A stretch of DNA of 64,000 nucleotides from Cyanobacteria bacterium P01_F01_bin.150 (GTDB taxonomy: Bacteria; Cyanobacteriota; Cyanobacteriia; CAKZMO01), in assembly GCA_039189765.1 (NCBI GenBank), contig JBCCYL010000001.1:96001-160000 (forward strand), written 5' to 3'. Within the stretch, counting starts at the first letter, position 1. Every line of letters starts with the position of its first letter. Made by a program: the position numbers and the translations under genes. The notes under the pieces were generated by a model. It saw nothing but the letters and a program-made list of their open reading frames with translations. It made no database searches and was not told the DNA's origin. Below, in pieces: positions 19,597-29,361 of this stretch.

Positions 19597-22500
19597 CTGC
19601 CACCTCGCTGCTGCACCTTGGCAATCTCTGCGGCTAAGAGTTGAGCCAATTCTTTTTCAGTAGCTTGCTCTAACGTTGACCCTTTATGGCGCGATGTCCC
19701 GTAATCTTTTGAGGGTTTTGTCAATGTAGGTCGGATATTTCTGGGTGACTTGCTAATAGCGTTCGGGGACGATCGAGACAAATACTCGGCCAAGGCATCA
19801 ATCGTCGGAAAATTCCATGCCACCGTCACATCTAGAGGGGTGTCCCTTCCAAGCCAGTCTTCCAAATCCTGGGCCAATTCCACAGCCATCACTGAGTCAA
19901 TTCCGTAGTCTGCAAAAGACTTTTGGCGATCGATTTGTGCAGACGCGATTTTGAGGCGATCGCTTAGCCATGTCACCAACCAAGACTGGATTGATTTTAG
20001 AGTTTGGACTTTGGCTTTTGGGGCGTTGAGGAGTTGGGGCGTTGAGGAGTTGGGGTGTTGAGGCGTTGAGGTGTTGAGGTGTTGGGGTGTTTGGTCTTTG
20101 TCGGTGTAAGGTGCCTTTTGCAAGGCGTATCGTACCGATGAGTCACTATCAGACTCTTCTTTACTTCGGTTAAATTTAGCAGGCCTGCTAGCATCATCAT
20201 CTTGATCGCGTTTTAGCCATGAATCTAACGCCCTATCCTCACCCGCTAAGGATTGTTCAATATTGCCAATGGATCGTTTATAGGTAGAGGCAAGATCAGT
20301 CATTTGAGTACCGGACGGGATTATGCTCTTATCCACCGATGCTTCCAGCATTGCCCGGTCAAGAGTCGATTGGAATCGCTGTTGTATCCATAGAAGCGAT
20401 CGCTCCAGTTCTTTACTATCCAAAGCATTAAGCGAACCATGACCATTAGCAATCTTTGTTTGTGATAATTGAGCTGATAACTGAGCCAACGCACACTCCA
20501 CACTCGCCCAGAGTGTTGCCCACGTCGCCAGTTTGCCAATCCAAGTTGAGGCATATTGCTGGGCTGTAATGTTGCTATTAAATACAGCACAGTGCTTAAA
20601 CCGATGCTGTATTTGCGCTACTGCCTCCATTAACCCATCGGCAATATGGGGAACTTTTAAGCTATTTCTCAACCAACCCAGCAAATCATTGACTGTATCT
20701 CCCGCAGTAGATGAAGCCGAACCATTGTCTAAACCAACGGCGTGGCTTAAGCGCGCCCCCAAGAACATTTCTAAGGTCTCAGTTGGCCCTTCAAAAATCC
20801 TTAGAACTCTAGCATCGCGTAGAATTTGAGGCGCTATGTTGGTTTCAATATAGCCTCGCCCCCCCAACGTCTGAACCAGGGTGTCCGCAGCCTGCCAGAA
20901 TAATTCAGGTGCAGCAATCTTACAAGCAGTGTAGGCATCCATAGGAACAGACTCTTCTCGGTCCAGACGCTGAGCAATCTGATTGACCAGGGTTTCAACC
21001 GCAGTAATCGCCATTGTGATGTGGCTTAAACGCGTTAGCGTCACTGGGTTATCCAGCAACCGTCCCGTCGATATAGATCGACGACTGCTGTAACGCACCA
21101 TTAACTGCACACAGCGCTTCATTCCGCCAACGCTAGCCGCAGCGATCGCCAATCGTCCGTACATCATGGCATCCTGGGCAACCGTCATACCTTTGCCCAC
21201 CTGCCCCAATAGCTGGGAGGACTCCACCGGAACCTGATCCAGATACACCGTATTCTGCACCATACTCCGCATGCCCATGGTCAGCGCTTCTGGTCCCTGC
21301 CGAAGACCAGGGGAATTTTGCCGCACCACAAACCCGCTGATGCCCGCCCAGGTCCCATCCACAAGCTGATGCTGGGTAAACACATTGATAACGCCAGCCC
21401 AAGCCGCCGAACCACTCCAAATCTTGGTACCGCTAATTAGAGCGGCCATAGAGTACACAGAGTCCGCTGGCGGCGCAACCGCCTTCGTCTGAATCGCCCG
21501 AGGATTAGACCCCGCAACAGGTTCAGTCAGGGCAAAGGCTGCTAGCTCTCGTCCCGTCGCCAATTGAGGCAACAACTCATCCTTCAAAGCAGACTTGCCG
21601 TAGTTGAGAATGGGGCGAATGCCCAACACATTGTTTAGACCCACAAACAGCGCCAGAGTCGTATCAACAGCCCCCAACTGCTGCATCACCTGCATCATAT
21701 CCAAGTTGCCCAATGCCAACCCTCCATAGGACTCTGGCACCTGCATTCCTAACAACCCCTGATTGCCAAAATCCAGCAATACATGGGGTGAAATCGTCCG
21801 TCGCTCATCCATTAACTGGGAATTAATCCGATGGTCCGCATAGTCCCGCAGCCAGCGGATAAGAGACTGAACCTTAGGATTTTGGATGTTAGATTTTGGA
21901 TTTTGGGGTTCGGACTTAGGATTTTGGGGGGAGAGTTGAGGAGTTGGAGCGTTGGAACGTTGGGGTATTGGAAAAGCTTGGTCCCCTTCTTGGGAGGGGC
22001 TAGGGGTGGGTTCTTCTGCCTTAGCTTCTGCCTTCTGCCTTCCGCCTTCTGTCTTTAATTCTGCCTTCTGCCTTCTGCCTTCTGCCTTAACTTCTGCCTT
22101 TAATTCTGCCTTCTGCCTTCTGCCTTCTGCCTTAATAACCCCTGCCAACTCCCCTGCCAGCCAATCCGTCTTGCACTGCTGGCGCTGAATTTTGCCACTG
22201 GAGGTTTTGGGAATACCGTTGGGCTTAACTAGGGCGATCGCGCCTATCTGAAGCGCATGACTATGGGATACTGCCGCCCGCATTGCCGCCATAATATCTG
22301 TGGTTAAGGCTTCGTCTTTTAGTTTTCGCACCCAGGTCCGTTCAACTTCCTGAACAACCACAATTTGCTGCTGTCCACTTTGGCCATCGGCACCAATGCA
22401 TTCAACGCTAAAAACTGCTCCGTGGCCTTGGCGTAGGGCAGGATGACATGCAGCGATCGCAGCTTCTATATCCTGAGGGTAGTGATTTTGACCCCGAACA

Positions 22501-23915
22501 ATAATGACATCTTTGATGCGACCCGTGATATATAGATCTCCCTGGGATATGAACCCTAGATCGCCAGTGCGGAGGAACGACTCTTGTCGATCCTCAACTC
22601 TGCCGTTAAACACCGCTTCTGTCTCATCAGCACGCTGCCAATACCCCTGGGCCACACTGTTACCAGTTACCCAAACTTCCCCCACTTGTCCGTCATCACA
22701 AACGCCGCAAGTATCTGGATGAACCACTAGAACCGACTGCCCCAACAACGGTTGACCACAGCTAACCCGTAGCGGTATTGCCGTTGATTTGTCATCATCC
22801 TGGGAAGCATCTCGTTGATGGTCATACACAACGCTGGGAACCTCATTTTTCTGCCCCCCCGTGACAAATAGGGTCGCCTCTGCCAAACCGTAACAAGGAT
22901 AGAAAGCCCGTTGCCGAAACCCACAGCCTTCAAAGGCTTGGGCGAAACGCTCTAGGGTTGACCATTGAACCGGTTCAGCACCAGTAAAGGCTACATCCCA
23001 GGAACTCAGGTCAATCTCAGATCGCTGCTCTGGAGGAATTTTCTGAATACAAAGATCGTAAGCGAAATTAGGTCCACCGCTACTTGTAATCCCATAGCGG
23101 GCGATCGCATCCAGCCAGCGCTTTGGCTTTTGCAGAAAGTGGACTGGGGCCATCAGCGTAATTGGAAATCCCCCATACAGCGGCTGGAGAATACCGCCAA
23201 TCAGTCCCATATCGTGGTAAGACGGCAACCAGCTTAATCCGCGACTATCGCTATCATGGTCAAATCCCTGGTAAATCTGCGCCAGATTATGGAGCAAATT
23301 GCCATGGCTAACCATCACTCCCTTGGGCGTTCCCGTTGCCCCAGACGTATATTGGAGTAATGCCAGACTGTCTTCCGTAATCCTTGGCTTTATCCAGGAC
23401 TCAGCTTGACCAGATACATCGTCCGTTGCGATCCATTGAATAGGGAATGAAACGTCATTCCACTGCTGATCACCCAGGGATGACTGTAGTGATGCAATGG
23501 CCTCTGCGGTGGTCATCACAATAGCGGCCTGGGCATCTTGGGCGATCGCCGTTACTCGGTGCTGATGTCGATTATTGCGAGGCAAATAGGCAGGCACTGG
23601 AACCACACCGGCGTAAAGACACCCAAAGAAGGCCGCCACAAACTCCAATCCGGCAGGATAAAGCATTAATGCTCGTTCTCCTACACATTCACTGCCCGAC
23701 TCAGCGTAGAGAGCCTGAATGTGGGCAGCAATGGCCCGCGCCTGCTGATCCAAGGCATCGTACGTTAAGTAGCGCTCGTCCCGTTCTCCATCTGCTAGAA
23801 ATCGGTATATCTGCTGAGGTTGGTGAGCCGCACGCTCACATAGCATATCAACCAATGTTGGCCATTGCCCTAAATTGAAATTCGTAGACAGAGAACGTGA
23901 ATTCGCAACCACCAT
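19593..23915 (-). CDS. Loading protein: fatty acyl-AMP ligase + acyl-CoA/ACP dehydrogenase + ACP (1440 aa)
   Basis: FAAL motifs LQYTSGATGTPKG, WLPSYHDMGLIG, YGLAE, RTGDLG, PKTSSGK. ACAD motifs FALTEPVAGS, GGRGY, IFEGPTE. ACP YGIDSVMAVEL. C-terminal docking helix. Confidence 0.95.
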   Translation of the reverse strand: MVVANSRSLSTNFNLGQWPTLVDMLCERAAHQPQQIYRFLADGERDERYLTYDALDQQARAIAAHIQALYAESGSECVGERALMLYPAGLEFVAAFFGCLYAGVVPVPAYLPRNNRHQHRVTAIAQDAQAAIVMTTAEAIASLQSSLGDQQWNDVSFPIQWIATDDVSGQAESWIKPRITEDSLALLQYTSGATGTPKGVMVSHGNLLHNLAQIYQGFDHDSDSRGLSWLPSYHDMGLIGGILQPLYGGFPITLMAPVHFLQKPKRWLDAIARYGITSSGGPNFAYDLCIQKIPPEQRSEIDLSSWDVAFTGAEPVQWSTLERFAQAFEGCGFRQRAFYPCYGLAEATLFVTGGQKNEVPSVVYDHQRDASQDDDKSTAIPLRVSCGQPLLGQSVLVVHPDTCGVCDDGQVGEVWVTGNSVAQGYWQRADETEAVFNGRVEDRQESFLRTGDLGFISQGDLYITGRIKDVIIVRGQNHYPQDIEAAIAACHPALRQGHGAVFSVECIGADGQSGQQQIVVVQEVERTWVRKLKDEALTTDIMAAMRAAVSHSHALQIGAIALVKPNGIPKTSSGKIQRQQCKTDWLAGELAGVIKAEGRRQKAELKAEVKAEGRRQKAELKTEGGRQKAEAKAEEPTPSPSQEGDQAFPIPQRSNAPTPQLSPQNPKSEPQNPKSNIQNPKVQSLIRWLRDYADHRINSQLMDERRTISPHVLLDFGNQGLLGMQVPESYGGLALGNLDMMQVMQQLGAVDTTLALFVGLNNVLGIRPILNYGKSALKDELLPQLATGRELAAFALTEPVAGSNPRAIQTKAVAPPADSVYSMAALISGTKIWSGSAAWAGVINVFTQHQLVDGTWAGISGFVVRQNSPGLRQGPEALTMGMRSMVQNTVYLDQVPVESSQLLGQVGKGMTVAQDAMMYGRLAIAAASVGGMKRCVQLMVRYSSRRSISTGRLLDNPVTLTRLSHITMAITAVETLVNQIAQRLDREESVPMDAYTACKIAAPELFWQAADTLVQTLGGRGYIETNIAPQILRDARVLRIFEGPTETLEMFLGARLSHAVGLDNGSASSTAGDTVNDLLGWLRNSLKVPHIADGLMEAVAQIQHRFKHCAVFNSNITAQQYASTWIGKLATWATLWASVECALAQLSAQLSQTKIANGHGSLNALDSKELERSLLWIQQRFQSTLDRAMLEASVDKSIIPSGTQMTDLASTYKRSIGNIEQSLAGEDRALDSWLKRDQDDDASRPAKFNRSKEESDSDSSVRYALQKAPYTDKDQTPQHLNTSTPQHPNSSTPQLLNAPKAKVQTLKSIQSWLVTWLSDRLKIASAQIDRQKSFADYGIDSVMAVELAQDLEDWLGRDTPLDVTVAWNFPTIDALAEYLSRSSPNAISKSPRNIRPTLTKPSKDYGTSRHKGSTLEQATEKELAQLLAAEIAKVQQRGGR

Positions 23916-23960
23916 AAGCCTTCAACGCGAAATGTTAGTGAAGATTTTTACATGAACTAT

Positions 23961-23975
23961 CGATGCCTATTCTCA
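23961..23975. promoter_or_regulatory. Fur-box-like site upstream of the FAAL gene
   Basis: CGATGCCTATTCTCA; right half matches the 7-1-7 consensus TGATAATnATTATCA (9/14). Confidence 0.35.
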
Positions 23976-24078
23976 TTAAGAGAGGACCACTAGATGTCTG
24001 CATCGCCTTAAGTTCTGTTCGAAATGCCTAATTAAATATAATATCTTTGCACCCAGCAACCAATAGATGAGACCATAA

Positions 24079-24107
24079 CGATTTTAATTCTCAACAGTCC
24101 TTGTCAA
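24079..24107 (-). promoter_or_regulatory. Fur-box-like site next to a minus-strand TTGACA (candidate PKS operon promoter)
   Basis: CGATTTTAATTCTCA at 24079-24093 (10/14); TTGACA on the minus strand at 24107-24102. Spacing to TAAAAT is short (15 nt). Confidence 0.45.
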
Positions 24108-24340
24108 ATAAAGGAAGATTAAAGAATTGCCTCGTTACCGATAAAGCTGACCTCTTCTGACTTTTAACATCCTTATCCTCAACATGTGGGGCAAAAAAGA
24201 ATGTTGGAGCTACGCAAATATTATTGCATACTTTTCCTGATAGGATAACTGGGTGTATTGAATATATAGAGGTTGGGCATAGAGTTCTTCAGATATAACA
24301 TTAGTCTATTTCATTTTTTTTTTTCAGAAGCTTTAATAAT

Positions 24341-26749
24341 TTGTCCAGGAGTATTATGTCATTACGATTAGTATGTTCCAGTGTTGGAGTGACTTGGCTC
24401 TTGCTGTTATGCACGGGACGTCCAGCTGGGTCTCAATCCGTACCCTCTATTATATGTGCAGAACAAATTGTAGGTACTGATTCAGATGCGACCCCTGTCT
24501 ATCAGTCAGCATCGGCTCCTCTCCATCCACTTCAGCCTGTTGGCATTGGTTTGGACGTTAGCCCCAACCAGGAAGCCGTATCTAAGTTACGGTCGGCGGA
24601 AGATACTATGAAATGTCAGAACACACAAAATAGTCATGAGCAGCTATCCCAATCTGTTTCACAGATTGGAGATGAGAGAATCGCCCAGCTAATCGTTCCC
24701 AGCATCGGAGATCTGGATGATGGTGATGAAGATTTCTACGTGCCAGATTCGTCCGCAGGAACTCGAACAGATACGCCAATCATTGAAGTGCCGGCCACCA
24801 TTCAAGTTATCCCAGATGCGGTGATTGAAAGCCAGACTCCATTATCAACTTCAGATATTTTGCGCAACTCTGCGGGGGCAACCACTGGTCGTGTATCCAG
24901 TGATAACTTGGGGTTTCTGCCCATTATTCGTGGATTTGAAAGTCAAATTTTTCTGCGTAATGGCCTACCTGACAGTACATTAAACCGAGTTGCTGGTGTC
25001 ACTAATATTGAAAGTGTGGAGATTGTCCGAGGCCCGATCTCTCTTTACGGCTTATCGAACTTGGGCGGGACCGTCAACTTTGTCACGGAACAGCCTTTAG
25101 ATGATCCCTTTTACAGTGTGGAATACACCCTGGGAGAATTTGGCCTACACCGTCCCAGTCTAGATTTTTCGATACCGCTAAACAGTGACGATGATGATGG
25201 CGACGATGAAAACGGCGATTTAGCCCTAAGGGTTAACGCGACTTATGAAAACTCCAGGAGTTTTCGAGACGATTTTCAAAATCGCTATACCTTTGTATCT
25301 CCGGTGTTAAGGGCTATTGATACTGAAGATACCTCCCTGGTGATTGATATGGAGTATTTTAATTTTCAATCCGATGGCGGAACAGTAGAACTGCCTGCGG
25401 TGGGGACTGTCGTTGATAACCCCAATGGAGAGGTGGATTTGGATGCTAACTTAGGTAGTGATCCAGATTTTGCTAGCGATCGCCAAATTACCACCCGTGT
25501 TGGCTACCTGTTTAGTCACAACATCAATGATGATTGGACCATACGAAATGAATTTTTATATTCCTCCAGAGAGGACGTAGAGTCTACAGGCTTTATTCCC
25601 CGTGAACTTTTAGAGGATCAGCGGACCTTACTGATTTTTCCATTTGAGAACCCTAGCACAGAAACCAATATAAATCTCAATACCAACATTAGTGGTGAGT
25701 TCACCACTGGACCCATTAACCACGATCTATTGGTTGGAGTTGAACTGGCTAGGGCAACGGAAGTCGATATTCTGAACTTTTCAGAGGATACTGTTGATAT
25801 TTTTACTGGGGATAGGGTCAATCCGATTCCGTTTGAAGATCTGATCCAGGATTTTACGACCTTTGAGAATATTGAAAATGAAGTTAATACGGTCGGTGTC
25901 TATTTGCAAGATCAGATTAAGTTACTCGATGATCGACTTATCTTTGTCGCAGGTGGACGCGTCGACTTCGTCGATGAAACCTATGAAGACTTAAATGCCC
26001 CCGAACTCAGTTATGAGCGTAACACGACCGCTTTTAGTCCTCGGCTTGGTTTAGTGTACATGCCGTCTGAAAATATTTCTGTATACGGTAGCTTTGCCCG
26101 CTCGTTTTTTCCAGTGGTCGGTCGAGAGGTTGATGAAAATGATGAGTTTTCAGATGCATTTGAGCCAGAACGGGGGACCCAATTCGAAATTGGGGTGAAG
26201 GCTGAACTTAACGAGAAGCTACTGGCAACTCTGGCGCTTTATGACCTTACCCGTACTAATCTCACCGTTGAAAATCCCTCTGGGCGGGGTCAACTCCAGC
26301 TTGGCGAACAGCAGAGTCAGGGAATTGAGCTAAATGTAACGGGAGAGATTCTATCCGGGTGGAATGTATTTGCTGGCTATGCCTACACAGACGCTAGGGT
26401 GGCCGAAGATGACCAGTTTAGTTCTGGGAATGCCATCAACAACGTTGCCAGGAATGCCGTTAGTCTCTGGACGACCTATGAATTACAGAAAGGAAGTCTG
26501 GAAGGATTAGGGTTTGGTCTGGGACTCTTTTATCAAAGTGAACGGGAAGGTGACCTCGACAATACCTTTGAGTTGCCTAGCTTTCTGCGTACCGATGCCA
26601 CAATTTTCTACAAGCGCGATCGCCTCCGTACCTCTCTGACGGTTCAAAATCTGTTTAACGAAGAGATTTTTGAGGGGGCAAGGAGCAATGTTCGGGTGAT
26701 TCCAGGTGCCCCCCGAACGGTTCTTGGGCAGATTGCCTGGGAGCTATAG
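24341..26749 (+). CDS. TonB-dependent outer-membrane (siderophore-type) receptor
   Basis: Hydrophobic N-terminal leader (start may be the downstream ATG, MSLRLV). Plug motifs GTRTDTPIIEVPATIQVI, IRGF, IESVEIVRGP..LYG..GGTVN. Barrel motifs FSPRLG, PERGTQFEIGVK, NLFNE. Terminal strand ..QIAWEL. Confidence 0.95.
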   Translation: MSRSIMSLRLVCSSVGVTWLLLLCTGRPAGSQSVPSIICAEQIVGTDSDATPVYQSASAPLHPLQPVGIGLDVSPNQEAVSKLRSAEDTMKCQNTQNSHEQLSQSVSQIGDERIAQLIVPSIGDLDDGDEDFYVPDSSAGTRTDTPIIEVPATIQVIPDAVIESQTPLSTSDILRNSAGATTGRVSSDNLGFLPIIRGFESQIFLRNGLPDSTLNRVAGVTNIESVEIVRGPISLYGLSNLGGTVNFVTEQPLDDPFYSVEYTLGEFGLHRPSLDFSIPLNSDDDDGDDENGDLALRVNATYENSRSFRDDFQNRYTFVSPVLRAIDTEDTSLVIDMEYFNFQSDGGTVELPAVGTVVDNPNGEVDLDANLGSDPDFASDRQITTRVGYLFSHNINDDWTIRNEFLYSSREDVESTGFIPRELLEDQRTLLIFPFENPSTETNINLNTNISGEFTTGPINHDLLVGVELARATEVDILNFSEDTVDIFTGDRVNPIPFEDLIQDFTTFENIENEVNTVGVYLQDQIKLLDDRLIFVAGGRVDFVDETYEDLNAPELSYERNTTAFSPRLGLVYMPSENISVYGSFARSFFPVVGREVDENDEFSDAFEPERGTQFEIGVKAELNEKLLATLALYDLTRTNLTVENPSGRGQLQLGEQQSQGIELNVTGEILSGWNVFAGYAYTDARVAEDDQFSSGNAINNVARNAVSLWTTYELQKGSLEGLGFGLGLFYQSEREGDLDNTFELPSFLRTDATIFYKRDRLRTSLTVQNLFNEEIFEGARSNVRVIPGAPRTVLGQIAWEL

Positions 26750-26761
26750 GAGTAAGCAGAT

Positions 26762-28081
26762 ATGCGATCGTTTCTGCGAATTTGGGTCGGGCAGCTTGTT
26801 TCCACCATCGGCAGCTATATGACGGTGTTTGCCCTAATGATTTGGGTGTGGCAACAAACTGAGTCGGCGACGACCCTTGCCCTTATTACTTTTTTCTCCC
26901 AGCTCCCCCGGATTTTTATTACGCCAGTGGCTGGCCTAATTGTCGATCGCTTTGATCGAAAGCGCCTGATGATTTTGGGAGATGTGGTCGCCCTATTGGC
27001 TACGGTGGCGATCGCCCTCCTCTATTACATTGGTGTCCTGCAAATCTGGCATTTGTATGGAGCGGTGGCCATTTATGGCTGCTTTGGTCAAGTGCAAAAC
27101 TTGGCGTATTCCACCTCTATTGCCCTATTGGTTCCTAAGGCGCAGTATACTCGTGCAGAGAGCATGGTGGCGGCAGTAAACTACAGCGGTGCCATTTTCT
27201 CGCCGATTTTGGCGGGAAGTTTGTATCCTCTCATTGGTCTATCTGGGATATTTACAATTGATTTCTCCACCTTTTTAATTGCTTTTGGTACGCTGCTGTC
27301 GGTCACCATTCCTAAACCGGATGCCCCATCGAAGTCTGAAGCTGCGGCCCAGGATAATGCCCCACTTGGGCAAAAGCTCACCTATGGGTTTCGCTATATT
27401 GCTGCTCGACCGGGGTTAGTGGCGATGGTGATTGCCTTCTCTCTGTTTGCGGTTCCTAACGATATTAGTAAAGCGCTCTATAACCCAATGATTCTGGCTC
27501 GTAGCGGTGGCGATGCCCGTATTTTGGGCATTGTCACCACAGCGGCAGGGCTAGGGGGAGTCTTGGGTGCAGTGGGCATTAGTGTATGGGGGGGATTTAA
27601 GCGCAAAATTCACGGCATGCTGGTGGGGTTTGCTGTGGCTGGTTTTTTCAAAATCATCCTAGGGCTGGGGCAAACGTCTTGGGTGTGGATTGCAGCCCAC
27701 TTGTGTTCGACCTTAGCCGTGCCGCTCTTCTATAGCTCTAGTAATGCCATCTGGTATTCTAAGGTGCCACCCTCGTCCCAAGGTCGTGTGCTGGCAGCGG
27801 ATCAAATGATTGGCCTGGTGATTGGGGCGATCGCCCCCCTAATGGCTGGTCCGCTAGCTGATTATGTGATGGAACCAGCTATGTCTAACGATGGCTGGCT
27901 GGTTCCTGTTTTTGGTTCTATCATAGGATCTGGGCCTGGGGCAGGGATTGCCCTGCTGTATGCAGTTATGGCATTTTTAATGATGCTGGTGGGGCTGGGA
28001 GGATATGCCGTTTATACCCTCCGAAATGTAGAAACCATTTTGCCCGATCATGATGAAAGTCCCCCCACTCCCGTACGTTAG
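26762..28081 (+). CDS. MFS transporter (DHA3/EntS-like), candidate metallophore exporter
   Basis: About 12 hydrophobic segments; MFS motif A GLIVDRFDRKRLM; N-terminal IWVGQLVSTIGS; 12 bp downstream of the receptor gene. Confidence 0.88.
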   Translation: MRSFLRIWVGQLVSTIGSYMTVFALMIWVWQQTESATTLALITFFSQLPRIFITPVAGLIVDRFDRKRLMILGDVVALLATVAIALLYYIGVLQIWHLYGAVAIYGCFGQVQNLAYSTSIALLVPKAQYTRAESMVAAVNYSGAIFSPILAGSLYPLIGLSGIFTIDFSTFLIAFGTLLSVTIPKPDAPSKSEAAAQDNAPLGQKLTYGFRYIAARPGLVAMVIAFSLFAVPNDISKALYNPMILARSGGDARILGIVTTAAGLGGVLGAVGISVWGGFKRKIHGMLVGFAVAGFFKIILGLGQTSWVWIAAHLCSTLAVPLFYSSSNAIWYSKVPPSSQGRVLAADQMIGLVIGAIAPLMAGPLADYVMEPAMSNDGWLVPVFGSIIGSGPGAGIALLYAVMAFLMMLVGLGGYAVYTLRNVETILPDHDESPPTPVR

Positions 28082-28123
28082 GGTTCTGCCATGGTAATAG
28101 GTGCATTGTTCTCATGTTGTGCT

Positions 28124-28138
28124 GTGCAAATTTTGCAC
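28124..28138. promoter_or_regulatory. Palindromic operator candidate GTGCAAAnTTTGCAC, copy 1
   Basis: Perfect 7-1-7 GTGCAAATTTTGCAC upstream of the RTX gene at 28297. Confidence 0.5.
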
Positions 28139-28296
28139 GGTTTTGTGCTTAGGCCGTTTATGGTCTTAATTGAGCGTCCTCGGGTTTCGTTTTGAGACGA
28201 AACAGAATTAACGCAGGAGTAGGCACGACATGCCCACTCCTGCCGCCTAACGTTGATACTCCGTCCTCTGTTGTAAGCATGTCAAGGATTTAAGCA

Positions 28297-29313
28297 ATGA
28301 CAACCGTTAGTTTTTCCATGTCCCGCACTATTTTGGTTGAGACTGAAGATCGGGACCCAACGGACGTTAGACGAAAAGCCAGCGAGGTGACATTTGAATT
28401 CAATCTAGACTCGCCCCCACCGCCAGAAGGAGTAAATATTACCATCACTAGTGATGCCATCCAGATTTTTAGTGCTTTCGTACTTGGCTTCACAGAAGCA
28501 GATATTCAAGTCGTGGGTGCGGATCGTCCCGTTCCTGATTTTGACTTTTCTGCATTTGATCTGAATATCACCAGTCAACGCGCCACCGTTACGCTTAGCC
28601 ATTTTGATGATGAAGATGACACGCCTGACCCAAGCAGCCCATTTCCTTCCTACGATGGATTTAGGGAAGTAACCTTTTTTGTGGAAGACGGAGATGATTA
28701 TGATGTTGATCCAGACAACGATGATGTTCTAGTTTGGTTTGCCGATGAGCGAAATCAGCTACCTCAAAATGCCCGTAATTCCAGGGTTATCGATGTTCCA
28801 AATTTTGTTGGCACTAGGGGCAGTGATACATTTTTAGGAACTAAAGACAACAATATTGTGAGAGGGAAAGGGGGTGACGACACTCTTTCCGGCATACGCG
28901 GAAAAGACACGATTGCTGGTGGTGGTGGGGATGACATCATTAATGGCGGCGGCGGTAGCGATCGCCTCAGAGGGGGCGGCGGCAACGATGAGATATCAGG
29001 GGGCGGCGGTAAAGACAACATAGCAGGCGGCGGCGGTGACGATACCCTTTTAGGAGGCGGTGGCAGCGATACAATTGTTGGTGGCGGTGGTAACGATATT
29101 TATGTTTTGGAACGAAAGTCAGGCCAGGATACGTTTAGAGGCTTTAGAGTCGGTCAAGATCAGTTGGGGTTGTCAAACAATTTAACGTTTGATGGGTTGA
29201 CTATCACTGCCCAGGGAAACAATACCCTGATTCGAGCTGGTAGCAACTCCCTGGCAATTCTACAAGGTATACAGCCAGATGCCTTGTCCGAAGCTGACTT
29301 TATAGTCGTTTAA
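28297..29313 (+). CDS. Small RTX (hemolysin-type Ca-binding) protein with one acidic beta-rich repeat domain
   Basis: Tandem GGxGxDxUx nonapeptides; C-terminus ..LAILQGIQPDALSEADFIVV typical of cyanobacterial T1SS substrates; N-terminal domain resembles the giant-protein repeat. Confidence 0.88.
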   Translation: MTTVSFSMSRTILVETEDRDPTDVRRKASEVTFEFNLDSPPPPEGVNITITSDAIQIFSAFVLGFTEADIQVVGADRPVPDFDFSAFDLNITSQRATVTLSHFDDEDDTPDPSSPFPSYDGFREVTFFVEDGDDYDVDPDNDDVLVWFADERNQLPQNARNSRVIDVPNFVGTRGSDTFLGTKDNNIVRGKGGDDTLSGIRGKDTIAGGGGDDIINGGGGSDRLRGGGGNDEISGGGGKDNIAGGGGDDTLLGGGGSDTIVGGGGNDIYVLERKSGQDTFRGFRVGQDQLGLSNNLTFDGLTITAQGNNTLIRAGSNSLAILQGIQPDALSEADFIVV

Positions 29314-29361
29314 TCTACTATTTGAATTCATTAGAAAACGATAGACGAGTACTCACCAGCT

